A DNA stretch of 64,000 bases from Mobula birostris (GCF_030028105.1 NC_092399.1:24572881-24636880), one strand, 5' to 3'; positions 12,975 to 24,785 are shown, numbered from the stretch's first letter. The notes: generated by a model not told the origin, from the letters alone. Program-made: numbers and translations.

Positions 12975-13474
12975 CCGTAATCTGATAAAGAGCAGACCAT
13001 GGGCACGGTAAAAAAAAGTCTCAACGTTCCAATCAACTTCCGATAGTCCCGATAGCAGGCTGCAAAAGGGTGAAACTCTCCCTGCATAAACCTCCAGGTG
13101 CTGACAACTGCCGATGTATTGGAAGCACCCGACCACAGCCTACTGAGTCCATCCGAAAACTTTGAGCCTTCGACCAGCCCTCTGACACTGAGCACTGAGC
13201 ACCATCTCTGCCGAGCGCTTTGACTCTGTCCTGGCTGCCGAGCAACAAGCAAAGCCGAGGACTCGGGGTCTTCCCCTTCGGAGATTCTGAATCACACAGT
13301 AGCAGTGGCAGCGAAGAAGGCATTTCAGAAGTTTCTCCAGATGTTCCTTTGTTCTCTCACATCCGCCTCCCTCAAATCAGGATTGTGCATGGCACCCTAC
13401 TTGACAGATTACAGGTATCATTCACCGGAGTGGCCGCTGCGTGCCGCATCGCGCCGCCATCTTCTCCTCCTCCA
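12975..13474 (-). repeat. GC-rich non-autonomous retroposon family, copy 2 (inverted relative to copy 1)
   Basis: Reverse complement aligns with 10853-11360. Confidence 0.8.
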
Positions 13475-13529
13475 CCACAATTATGGTGTTGAATGCTGAA
13501 CTGTAGTCCAAGAACAACATTCTCCAGAT

Positions 13530-13698
13530 GTGTAAGGACGGTGTGTACCTCATTCTGGTTTGGTCTGAACAACTGGACCTCTTGACCATGTCTGCATGCT
13601 TTTATGCATTGAGTTACTGCCACATGATTGGCAAATTATAAATCTGCATTAACGAGCAGGTTTACGGGTTTGCCTAATAAAGTGGCCACTGAGTGTAT
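13530..13698. mobile_element. Tc1/mariner-like terminal fragment
   Basis: Ends cctaataaagtggccactgagtg followed by TA, a typical fish Tc1 terminus. Confidence 0.55.
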
Positions 13699-14129
13699 AA
13701 TAGGCTGTGGTAGAGCAACAGCTCTGCCTTTGACTACAAGGCGTTGTGCTTGATCTTGCATGAAAGCAGAAGAGATTAGTGGATGTTCTCAAATGACTGC
13801 ATTAATGATTCATAAATCAGTAATCAATTTTCCATTTGGGCATGTTCAATAACTCTCTATCATGTGACCTCCAACAATTTAAATCTAATTTGTGTCCAAA
13901 TGGAAACTATCTGAAACCAACCAACTCTTCAATTTGCAGTCCTTGATGAAAGCCCACCCAGGCAAGGAATCTGGTCTTTTTTTTTTAGCTTTCTCTGTAC
14001 CATTCTATGCCCAGCCTAGGATAATTGAGAGGGAGAATTCAATAGTCTGAATGCATTTTTCTTTCAAGTCTTTACTCTTTATTCCCTGTGGTTGGGTCTG
14101 ATGAGCAATGAACTAAAATACACTAACCA

Positions 14130-14818
14130 GGCCTCATCAAGGGATCAGCAGTGGAAAAGGTGAGCAGTTTCAAGTTCCTGGCTGTCAACGTCATTGAAGA
14201 TCTATACTGGGCCCAGCATATTGATGCGATTACAAAGGAAGTATCACAGTATCCGTATTACATTAGCGTTTGAGGAGATTTGGTATGTCACCAAAGACTA
14301 GCAAATTTATACAGATGTACTGTGGAGAGCCTTCTAACTGGTTGCATCCGCGTCTGGTCTGTAGAGGCCACTGCACAGGATCAGAAAAAGAGCTGCAGAA
14401 AGTTGAAAACTCTGCCAGCTCCATCATGGGCACTAGCCTCCCGAGCATCAAGGACATCTTCTAAAGGCGATCCCTCAAGAGGCGGCATCCATCGTTAAGG
14501 ACCCCCATCACCCAGGGCATACGCTCTTGCATTCTATGCATTGACCATCAAAGACATAATCACCATAACTTTGTAACAACTATCAGGGAGCCAGAAGACA
14601 CACAACGTTTTAGGTACTTCCCCTCTGCCATCAGATATTTGAATGGATGACGAACCAACTATGAACACTCCCTCTCTTTAGTACAATGAATTTAATCCTT
14701 TATATATGTATTTCTTATTGTAATTTATAGTCCTTTTTAATATATTGCATTGTACTGCTGCCGCAAAACAACAGATTTTACAACACATGCCAATGATATT
14801 AGCCTGATACTGATTCCC
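14130..14818 (+). mobile_element. Rex1-type LINE 3' fragment
   Basis: RRFGMSPKT, LYRCTVESLLTGCI motifs and tail ending tgatactgattc. Confidence 0.8.
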
Positions 14819-15971
14819 TAAATAGCATGAGTGCGTTTCATATAAATACAACTAAACAATTATTGTATCAATAAATGAAAGCTGGCAATTCAAGCTGGTT
14901 AATAAAGTTGGAAACATTGAAGATGTTCTTTAATTTGAAGAATATTGCTTAAATTCCTTTATATCATTACACGTACCGTGCCTTGGCATTTATCCTGTAT
15001 AAAATAGTCAACAGTAAGTAATATAAAACAAATTGTAGATGTATAGAAAATCATGCAGAGTATCAAATGGGTGAATGTGTTTTTCCCAGGAATAGAAGAG
15101 CCAAAAACTAGCCGGCAAAGGTTTAAGGTGAGACTGGAAAGATTTAAAACTCAGAGGATTTCTATCTTAAGTATTTCTAAATCACTAAAATACAAAGCAT
15201 CTCAAAGATAAAAATGATTTCTAAAACACAAAGGACTTCCAAAAAACAAGTACAATTCCTATTACCTAAAAAAGACGTACCAATGACCCGGACAAATGAA
15301 TTGTCCATTGCAGAGATTGAGGCCAGGGTAATGGTCTCTCTGTTCACATCATGTTTCTTCCATACTTCTCGATGTTCCTTACCCCATTCCTAAAAAGCTT
15401 GATCTTCCCGCTACATTTATACTCCTTTTCTGTCACTTGGGTGACTTCACAAACGTGTGATATTTTGTCAGATAACCTTTTAGCACGAACGGTCTAACAG
15501 CATCTTGGAGACACAGTTTCACAATTAATGCTGTAAATCTAACTTCTCTGAATACATAAAACTTCCAACATTAATAGATCAGTTAATGATACGCTAGATG
15601 GTATTATCCATCTGGTCTCCAGGCTTCCTTGAACTAAACAACTTAGTTAGCTTGTCTGTTTTGAAACAAGGCAAATTAAACAACCCATTGTCTTGTACTG
15701 CACCCTCTGAGCAATAAGACAGCATGCTGTGAGATAGCATCTGCTTTCCATAGTTCGAGTATCTATTGTCAGTGCTTGTTTTAACTTCAGATCGATTACC
15801 GCTTTCCATTTATATTTTAAGCACTTATGACTGAGTCTTGTTTATGACCAGAAACTAACCAAAGCAATGTAGTCAGAAGTTTACTTACCATCCTTGTTTT
15901 TTGATATTACACAACAGCTGCTATGTTTAGGAAGTGAGTTTTGTGGTAGAACAAAGGACCCCTATAGAAAA

Positions 15972-16036
15972 GCAACACACATCAAAGTTGCTGGTGAACA
16001 CAGTCGACGTTTCAGGCTGAGATCCTTCGTCAGGAC
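15972..16036 (-). ncRNA. Minimal type I hammerhead ribozyme motif in a 65-bp Penelope pLTR-derived insert
   Basis: Reverse complement gtc-CTGACGA-AGG atctcag CCT-GAAAC-GTC-gac has an intact core, stem II and stem I; flanked by ccctatagaaaa at 15960-15971 and 16036-16047. Confidence 0.7.
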
Positions 16037-16549
16037 CCTATAGAAAATCCCAGCAATTCTGAGCAATATTTCTCACCTTCTGCATGCCACCTTGGCTGAT
16101 CAGAGGAGCACTTTTAGTAATAGACTAAGGTAACTGCATTGCCCCAAAGAGTGCTTTATGAAGTCATTCTTACCCTCGGCTATTAGGCTCTATAATGAGT
16201 CAACCGATAGCTGGGGAAGCGATGATCCCCTCCTGTTAGGCTGTTAGCGATAACTTTTTTAAAATTTCTTTCTACTTCTCTTCTAGTATTTATATCTGTG
16301 CACTTCTAATGCTACTGTGACATGGTAATTTCCTTTGGGATCAATGAAGTAGCTATCTATCTAACCAAACCATTTGTGGCTACATTTTTGACAGTGTTGT
16401 CAAGGCTGGAAAATTATAATTATGAGGAAAGAAATGATAATATTGGGCATGTGTTCTATCAAACAAAATAAACTGATGGTAGTTTTGAAATAGGTGTATA
16501 AAAGGGTGAACAAGAAGCGCTTATTTTCTCCAGTAGATAAAAAAAGTCT

Positions 16550-16862
16550 TGGCGCATGGCTAAGTGGTTAGCGTGTGGCATCGGTCTAGTGATCTGAAGG
16601 TCGCTAGTTCGAGCCTCAGCTGAGGCAGCATGTTGTGTCCTTGAGCAAGGCACTTAACCACACATTGCTGTGCAACAACACCGGTGCCAAGCTGTATCGG
16701 CCCTAGTGCTCTTCCCTTGGACAACATCGGTGGTGCAGAGAAGGGAGACTTGCAGCATGGGCAACCGCTGGTCTTCCATACAACCTTGCCCAGGCCTGCG
16801 CCCTGGAGAGTGAAGACTTTCCAGGCACAGATCCATGGTCTCACGAGACTAACAGATGCCTA
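16550..16862 (+). repeat. tRNA-CORE SINE with RTE-like tail, copy 2
   Basis: A/B boxes, CORE-like segment and tail catggtctcacgagactaacagatgccta. Confidence 0.8.
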
Positions 16863-17065
16863 TATATGAGATAAAAAAAAAACAAGAGCTACAGATTTAA
16901 GTTAATTGGTTGAATTAAGGACATACTTTCACTCAAGTAATGGAGCTTTCGAGCTCACTGCTTGACAGAGGTAGAAGCATTCTCAATATTTACAAAGCAA
17001 CTGAATGAGCACTTGTACAACCAGAACCCATGTTGTTCTGAACCAATGGCATGGAAGAAGGATAA

Positions 17066-17670
17066 AACATAGAACATAGAATAGTACAGCACAGTACAGA
17101 CCCTTTGGCCCACATTGTTGTGCCAACCCTCAAACCCTGCCTCCCATATAACCCCCCACCCTAAATTCCTCCATATACCTATCTAGTAGTCTCTTAAATT
17201 TCAGTAGTGTATCTGCCTCCACCACTGACTCAGGCAGTGCATTCCACGCACCAACCACTCTGAGTAAAAAACCTTCCTCTAATATCCCCCTTGAACTTCC
17301 CATCCCTTACCTTAAAGCCATGTCCTCTTGTATTGAACAGTGGTGCCCTGGGGGAAGAGGTGCTGGCTATCCACTCTATCTATTCCTCTTAATATCTTGT
17401 ATACCTCTATCATGTCTCCTTGCATCCTCCTTCTCTCCAAAGAGTAAAGCCCTAGCTCCCTTAATCTCTGATCATAATCCATACTCTCTAAACCAGACAG
17501 CATCCTGGTAAATCTTCTCTGTACCCTTTCCAATGCTTCCACATCCTTCCTATAGTGAGGTAACCAGAACTGGACACAGTACTCCAAGTGTGGCCTAACC
17601 AGAGTTTTAGAGAGCTGCATCATTACCTCGCGACTCTTAAATTCTATCCTTCAACTTATGAAAGCTAACC
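17066..17670 (-). mobile_element. CR1 LINE 3' end
   Basis: LVRPHLEYCVQFW.PHYRKDVEALERVQRRFTRM; (aacatag)n tail. Confidence 0.9.
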
Positions 17671-17939
17671 TTAATCATCCATTTTTTTGCCAACATGAAA
17701 TTAAGTGGCCTTCTTTGACGTTGAAAATTCCCATGATCCTCTGATTCTATGTTTACCTGCTGGACTAGTAAGGCTGATTCACCTGAAACTGGATTGAGAT
17801 TGTGCACACGTGTTTCAGCTGAGTGACTGAAGAAACTCAAGCAATCATGTTACTGGTAGAGAAATAATACAAACAGGAATAGAAACATTTGAGAGAGCAA
17901 TTTTGATTTTTCTTGTCATCTTCCTTATCATGTTGTCAT

Positions 17940-18368
17940 GAGTAAAAGGCCTGAGTTACAGGGAAAGGTGACCCAGCTACCTCTTTATTCCTTGGAAAGC
18001 AGAATAAGGGGCAATCTTGGAGATGTGTTTACAATTATGAGAAGAATAGATAAGGTGGACAGTAACAGTTTTTTCCTCAAAACTAGGGGCAAATGTTCAG
18101 GGTAAGAGGGGAAAGATTCTGAAGGGGTCTGAGGGGCAATATTTTCATGCAGAAGTTGGTGAGAATATGGAATGTTCTACCAGAGAAAGTGTTTGAGGCA
18201 GGTACAACAGTATCATGTAAGAAGCACTTCTATTTGTACATGGAGGGGTGGGGCTTGGAGGGATATGGGCCAAACGGAGAAACTTGTGACTATCTATGTG
18301 GCTGGCATGGACTGCTTGGGCTGAATAGCCTTTATCCATACCGCATTGCTCTATGACTCCATGACTCC
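17940..18368 (+). mobile_element. CR1 LINE 3' end, degraded
   Basis: QKLVRIWNVLPEKVFEAG motif; ctatgactccatgactc tail. Confidence 0.75.
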
Positions 18369-18544
18369 AAGTCCGATCTACTAACCAAAAGTATAACAAT
18401 TTTTACCACTGAAGACCAACAACCCTTGCATTTAATTAACGTACCATGTGTGTTGAGACACCACAAAATGCTTTCAGAGATTATTTTCTGAAATGTGATA
18501 AATTTATTTTATTAATATTATTTAGTAATAACAGAGTAATGCCC

Positions 18545-21500
18545 TATGTTTTCAGCGGGCTGCAATCAGCATGAGAGTTGCTCGCTGGTGCAGCATTGTG
18601 AGGTATAAAAAGAGTTTGGTTGTGTTTAGGACTTATTGGCGGGCATACATTATCAATGGAGATTGTTCGTAGGTGATGCAGCATGAAGTTTAAAAAGACC
18701 TTAGGTGCTTTTTGGACTTTTTAGCAGGCTGCAATTATATCACTCTATTTGGCACCCAGCAGAGGCCAATAAAAAAAGTAGTGAGGCATAAACAGAGTGA
18801 CCATCGTGGGATCGACCATCGTGTGAGTGGACAGTGTTAGAGTGGTCAGGATTTGGCTCTACAGGCTTGGGTGAGAACAGACTTGGGCAAGAACAGGCAG
18901 AGTTTCTAAAAAAGTTTCTGGGAAGTTATTTTTTTGTTTGTACATAACTACTGTGCTGAGAACAGATCCAGAGTTAGTGGTGTGTTCCTTGTATTAGATA
19001 TGGAAACCTTGGGGAGACCTCTAAGTCTCCCTGATAGCCACTTCTACATGAAGTACGCTGAGCTGCATCCCCTTAGAGACCATGTTAAGGAACTGGAGCT
19101 ACAGCTCATGACCTTTGGGTCTTAAGGAAAACAGAGGAGGTGATAGATAGGAGCCACAAGGAGGTAGTCACCCTAAGTTACAGAAGGCAGGTACCTGGGT
19201 GACTGTCAGGAGAGGGAAAGGTAGCTGGCGATGCTCCCTTAATAATAAGTATACAGCTTTGGATACTGTTGGAGGGGGCCTACCAGGGGGAAGCTACAGT
19301 GACCCGATCTCAGGCACTGAATCTGTCTTCTATTTCTGGAATGCATTAATGATAGAAGATTCCATAATTATAGGAGCAGACAGCAGATTCTGTGGACTTA
19401 AAAGATACTGCCAGATTGTATGTTGCCTCAGGTGCCAGGGTCAGGGTTGTCTCAGATTGGATCCACAGCTTTCTAAAGAGGGAGGGTGAGCAGCTGGAAG
19501 TTGTTACACATATTGGTACCAACACCACAGGGAGGGAAAAGGGAGGAGGTCCTGAAGAGAAAATGTAGGGAGCAAGGTAGAAAGCTGAAAAGGTAGCAAA
19601 TTATTGCTACGAGGGTACTAATTTCTGGTTTTCTGCCTGTGCCGCATGCCAGTGAGGGTAAGAATAGGATGATTTGGAAGATGAGTGTGTGGCTGAAGAA
19701 TTGGTGCAAGGGCAGGGTTTCAGATTTCACAATCATCTGGATCTCTTCTGAGGAAGGTATGGCTTGTACGAAAAGGACAGGTTACATCTGAACCTGAGGG
19801 GGACAAATATCATTTGGGGCATGTTTGCTATCCATGCTAGTGTCTTTGCAGTGGACTGATGGAAAATGAGGTAGTCATGTGGGACAAAGAATGGTGGATG
19901 AACTTAATAAGAATTTTGCGTCTTTCTTCACTATGGAAGATACTAGCAGAATGCTAAATGTATGAGACTGTCAGGGGACAGAAGTGAGTGTTGTTGTCTT
20001 TACTAAGGAGAAGGTGCTTGGGAAGCTGAAAGATCTGAAGGTAGAGGAGTCACGTGAACCCGATGGACTACATGCCAGTGACTGAAAAAGATAGTTGAAG
20101 AGATTGTGGAGGCATCAGTAATAATCCTATCAGTTAGCACGACTGTGTTACAGCACAGGGTGTTCTAGAGTTTGGAGTTCAATTATGGCACCATTCTGTA
20201 AGGAGTCTCTCTACACCCTCTCTGTGGAGTGTATGGGTTTCCCTCAGTTCTCCAGTTTCCTCCCACAGTTCAAAGACATACCGGGTAGGTTAATCGGTTA
20301 TTGCAAAATTGCCCCGTGACTATGTTAGGGTAAATCATATTTGTCAGGGGTTGCTATGGTGACGTACCTTGAAGGGCTGAAAGTGCCTACTCTGTGCTGT
20401 ATCGCTAAAGAAAGTGTCACTAGGTTCTGGAGTGTTTCCAGAGTTCTGGAAAATTGCAAATGTCACTCCTTTCTTCAAGGGAAGGAGGTAGAAGAAAGGA
20501 AATTATAGGCCAGTTAGCCAGATTTCAGTGGCTGAAAAAATGCTGGAGTCTATTATAAGGATGAGGTGTCAGGCTACTTGGAGGCACAAGACAAAATAGG
20601 TCAAATCTGTTGGAATTCTTTGAGGAAATAACAGGCAGGATAGACAAAGGAGAGTCAGTGGATGTTGTTTACTTGGATTTTCAGAAGGCCTTTGACAAGG
20701 TGCTGCACATGGGGATGCTGAACAAGTTAGGCGCTCATGCTATCACATGAAAGGCACTAGCATGGATAGCAGATTGGCTGACTGACGGGAGGCAAAGAGT
20801 ATGAATAAAGGGGGCCTTTCCTGGTTAGATGCCAGTGACTTGTGGTGTGGTACAGGTGTCAGTGTTGGGACCACTTTGTTTCACATTATATGTCCATGAT
20901 TTGGATTAACGAATTGATGGCTATGTGGCCAGGTTTGTGGATGATACGAAGATAAGAGAAGGGGCAGGTAGTGTTGAGGAAGCAAGGTGTCTGCAGAAGG
21001 ACTTAAATAGATTGGGAGGTAAGAAGTGGCAGATGGAATATAATGTAGGGAATTGTATGGTCATGCACTTTGGTAGAAGGAATATATGTATGGACTATTT
21101 TCTAAGTGGGGAGGAAATACAAAAATCAGAGGTGCAAAGGGACTTGGGCGTCCTTGTGCAGGAATCCCTAAAGGTTAACTTGCAGGTTGAGTCAGTGGTA
21201 TGGAAGGAAAATGCAATGTTGGGATTCATTTTGAGAGAACGAGAATACAAATGCAAGGATGTAATGCTAAGGCTTTACAAGGCGATAATCAGACCACACT
21301 TGGAGCATTGTGAGCTGTTTTGGGACCTTTATGTAAGAAAAGATGTGCTGGCATTGGAGAGGGTCCAGAGAAGTTTCATGAACATAATCCCAAGAATGAA
21401 AGGGTTAACATAGAAGGAACGTTTGATGGCTCTGGACCTATACCTACTGGAGTTTAGAAAAGCAAGTGGTGATCTAATTGAAACTTATTGAATACTGAAA

Positions 21501-21850
21501 GTCCTAGATAGAGTGGATGTGGAGAGGACACTTCCTTTATTGGGAGAGTCTAGGACCAAAGGGCCCAGCCTCAGAATAGAGGGGCATCTATTTAGAGCAG
21601 AGATGAGGAGGAATTTATTTAGCCAGTTGGTAGTGAATTTGTGGAACTCATTGCTACAGACAGCTGTGCAGGTCCAGCTATTAGGTATATTTAAGGTGGA
21701 GGTTGATAGTTTCTTATTTAATCAGGTAGTCAAAGGTTACAGGACAGTGGGGTTGAGAGTGATAATAAATCGTCCATGATGGAATGGCAGATCAGACTCG
21801 ATGGGCTGAGTAGCCTAATTCTGCTCCTATGTCTTATGGTCTTATGGCCT
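18545..21850 (+). mobile_element. CR1 LINE, long degraded copy (5'UTR, ORF1 esterase, internally deleted ORF2 RT, 3' tail) with a V-SINE inserted at about 20130-20410
   Basis: ORF1 homologous to 771-1509; RT motifs YLDFQKAFDKV, RFVDDTK, IRPHLEHC; tail tcttatggtcttatgg. Confidence 0.9.
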
Positions 21851-22109
21851 TATTATTCCTGATCCTATTTCATATTTCATTCCATTTCATGCAACACAAC
21901 GAGTAGAATCAAGTAAGAAATAACAGCAGGTTATTTAACCCTCCGAGGTTGCTCTGCTATTCATCAAGATCATGTCTGATGATTTACCTCAATACCATTT
22001 CCTTCTGTTATCTACCTATCGCTTAATTCCTGAGCTGTTTAGAAGCTTACCACTCAGGGAGATTTGTTGGCCATCAAAATTTTAATGCCGAAGCATCGAT
22101 ATGGGCAGC

Positions 22110-22410
22110 TTAGAGCACAGAAGTTACCTCTCTGCTTCAGCAACTCAAATTCAATCCTAAACTTTTGTGTTGTCTGTATGGAGTTTGTACATTCTTCCTG
22201 TGGCTGCATGGTCCCTCCCATGTCTCTAAAAAGGTAGAGGTTAGTCGGTCAATATTCACTGTAAATTGTCATGTTGTATGTAGTTTGTAAAATATGGGGA
22301 ATTTGATGAGAATATGGGGAAAATAAGTAACAGATAAAATTAATAGAGTTGCTCTGTGAGTTGGCATTGATCTAGTGGGTCAAAATGGCCTCTTTCTATG
22401 TCATAAGGAA
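22110..22410 (+). repeat. V-SINE, degraded
   Basis: gtctgtatggagtttgtacattcttcctgtg V domain. Confidence 0.6.
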
Positions 22411-22939
22411 ATATGGAAATATGCAATGACTGAGTAAACATTCATAAATGCAAATGAATGATCTCTTCAATTGCGTGAAAATAACCTCAGAACTGTACGT
22501 GTTATAACGTAATTGCAAGAATTGGCTAACTTCTTTGGAGGCAATTACACTTTCAATCTCCGAAACATGGAGTAAAATTCATTAAATTTACTCAAGAGCA
22601 GTGTTGGACTGGGTGACTTTTACCGATATATAAAGTAGAAAGTTCAGATAAACATAGCCATAGGATCCACAATGAGGTTAAAAAGTATCTGGTTTTGTAA
22701 AAACATTATTAAATCATTTTAGAGTCAGCCACTAGATGTATATTGTGCAATATTGTAATAGAAATGTAGTTTTTTTGTTTTATGGAGTTAGGGAGTCTTT
22801 AAAGCAAATAAATTGTGACAAACATTTGAAGTGATTGTGCTTACTTTTGAGCTCCAAATGTATGGCTTCAGTTTCTCAAAATTATGTAGAAGCTGGATAG
22901 ATGTTTTTTTTTGCATGCTCCAGTGTTGAAGTTAGTCAC

Positions 22940-23137
22940 TGTTATGTAACTTCTATTTAAATGTACTGTGGGTTAACAGTAAAGAATCATATTCTGGAGG
23001 AATTAGAGAACTTTTATTTACAGTAATAAACACACACGTCTTAACCCAGCCACGTGCTGGAACATTGTAGCAATCCCGTGCATGCTCAGTACTCTGTCCA
23101 ATCATGTACTGGCACATCATTGCATGTCATATCACCA
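22940..23137 (-). repeat. 3' LTR (198 bp)
   Basis: Direct repeat of 24879-25074; preceded on the minus strand by purine tract aggaaaggaaga. Confidence 0.95.
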
Positions 23138-23139
23138 CA

Positions 23140-23151
23140 TCTTCCTTTCCT
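23140..23151 (-). promoter_or_regulatory. Polypurine tract (PPT)
   Basis: AGGAAAGGAAGA on the minus strand next to the 3' LTR; a second copy lies at 23343-23354. Confidence 0.85.
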
Positions 23152-23199
23152 TAAAAAGAAAAAATAATTAACAATGTTAATCAAAGCAAATACATAATT

Positions 23200-23338
23200 C
23201 CACATGTTTCTATCAGTCTCTCTGTGGGTTTACCAACACGAGTAGACCTTCTAAGTGGTACACACAGATCTTGTGTTTCCTTGTTATTATTTACATGTTT
23301 TGTCTCATCTGCATCAGTTAACTGACCCTCTGAAGAAT
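23200..23338 (-). pseudogene. Residual C-terminal tail of Gypsy Pol (post-integrase)
   Basis: VPLRRSTRVGKPTERLIET fits the RRSxRxxKPPxRL-type tail common at Gypsy integrase ends. Confidence 0.65.
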
Positions 23339-23378
23339 CACATCTTCCTTTCCTCAAAAAGAAAAGCAAATAAAAACG

Positions 23379-23999
23379 TTAACCAATAAACAAATCTATA
23401 TCAGCTAACTGAAACTTTGAAGTTGGCTCTTCACTATCTGAGCCATGACTCTTTTTGTGCTTCTTCTTTTCTGCGTTAAGCTTTTCTTTATGTATCTCAA
23501 CTAAACTTTTCTCACATGCCTCCCGGTTAGAATCTGGAATTTCGGGTAAGCAGTTCACGCTATCCTGCTCAGCAATCTGCTTCCCTGCTTCTGTTTGGAC
23601 TGTATCTTTCCTAATTCCTTCCATTTCCATTTGTAATGAAATACAAATCTTCTTTTCTTCATCTAATTCATTCAGTAACAGTGTAATCTCTTTTTTATGC
23701 TGAGACTTCATCATTTCAATACAACTTCTCAATTCCTTCACTTGTGCTTCTTCCTTATACTGTGCCCACTGTGAGTGTTCTTGCTCTAGCCGGTGGTTAG
23801 ACTGAATCTCATATTCTCTCAGTGACTCTTTCATTATTTCTTGCATTGAAGCAACCTCCTCCTGCCATCGCTTTTTCATATCAGCAATTGCCTCCTGTTT
23901 GGTCATCTCAGACACTGCAGCTACAACTTTTATATTCTCCATGTCAGCATTTTCATAAAGCGCATCTGCATAAAATTTCTCACGGTTATCTTCAATCAC
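23379..23999 (-). CDS. Open 206-codon chimeric frame: Gag tail + RABEP1 + SH3KBP1 + SLU7 fragments
   Basis: Uninterrupted ORF in frame with the upstream gag; internal ATG at 23942 (MENIK); segments recognised by recalled similarity to human proteins. Confidence 0.75.
   Translation of the reverse strand: MIEDNREKFYADALYENADMENIKVVAAVSEMTKQEAIADMKKRWQEEVASMQEIMKESLREYEIQSNHRLEQEHSQWAQYKEEAQVKELRSCIEMMKSQHKKEITLLLNELDEEKKICISLQMEMEGIRKDTVQTEAGKQIAEQDSVNCLPEIPDSNREACEKSLVEIHKEKLNAEKKKHKKSHGSDSEEPTSKFQLADIDLFIG
23427..23594 (-). pseudogene. SLU7: Captured fragment of pre-mRNA splicing factor SLU7 (C-terminal Lys-rich region)
   Basis: TEAGKQIA...[28 protein letters not shown] vs recalled human TGEAGKEIV...QTLMELHQEKLKEEKKKK...KHRKSSSDSDDEE. 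Confidence 0.7.
23607..23747 (-). pseudogene. SH3KBP1: Captured fragment of SH3KBP1/CIN85 (C-terminal coiled coil)
   Basis: [47 protein letters not shown] vs recalled human [47 protein letters not shown]. Confidence 0.85.
23751..23948 (-). pseudogene. RABEP1: Captured fragment of rabaptin-5 (N-terminal coiled coil)
   Basis: [47 protein letters not shown]...[14 protein letters not shown] vs recalled human AEMENIKAIATVSENTKQEAIDEVKRQWREEVASLQAVMKETVRDYE...RLEQERTQWAQYRE. Confidence 0.88.
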
Positions 24000-24785
24000 T
24001 GCATTTACTTATTTCATTTCATTTTCCTTCTTTCTACTTCTACAGCAGCGCGAAAAATGATTAATCTTACCTCAGTTGTAGCAGATTTTGCCATATGCGA
24101 AACACTGATTTAGAGGATGTTCCCGCGCACAGCGATCACATGACTTTTTTCTTCCAAATGCTGTCTTACTCCCTGTCAGTTTTGTCGATGTATTATTATA
24201 TTTCTTGATATATTCGTGCTGTTTTACAGCATTTACATTGCAGTTTTCGACAAAAAGCTCTTCAGCCTGCGACATTACAGTCTCAGAAGCTTTGCAGAGC
24301 GCGAAAGCTTTTTCAAAATTTAAATCTTGCTCTCTCAACAGCCTTTTTCTTAGTGTATTATCTTGAATGCCACAAATTAGTCTATCTTTAATAAGAGAGT
24401 CTGTGAGCAATGCAAACTCGCACGTTCTTCTATGCTTTCTTAACTCAGTCACATACTGATCAATTGTTTCAGTAGCTCTCTGCGCACATGTGAAGAACTT
24501 AAATCGCTCATACGTTAAATTACGCTTAGGTATACAAAATACTTCAAATCTATCCATTATCAACTTTAAATTGAAATTATCTCCATCTTCAAAGACAAAA
24601 TTATTATATACCTCTACTGCGTCATTCCTGATTACATGGAACAAAAGCACAGCTTTATTTTTTTCCGATTTTCCTTCATAATCGATCGCTGATAAGTACA
24701 GTTCAAACTGTTGCTTGAATATCCTCCAATTCACAGTTACATTGCCAGTCAGCTGCAATTTTGCTGGGGGTTGTAAACCTTCCAT
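24000..24785 (-). pseudogene. Gypsy/Mag-type gag with two late premature stops
   Basis: MEGLQPPAKL...NWRIFKQQFELYL...ERFKF...ETIDQYVTELR...IKDRLICGI...RLLRE; zinc knuckles CDRCAREH and CYN*GKINHFSRCC; stops at 24072-24074 and 24009-24011. Confidence 0.9.

Noticed and set aside
16550-16625. tRNA-like sequences (also about 51280, 8470 and 59370)
   Set aside because: SINE heads continuing into CORE/RTE-type bodies; no complete cloverleaf or terminator
23751-23948. Possibility that this is a native RABEP1 exon (likewise SH3KBP1, SLU7)
   Set aside because: The fragments abut each other inside an LTR pair with a TSD, and no other exons of these genes are evident in the window
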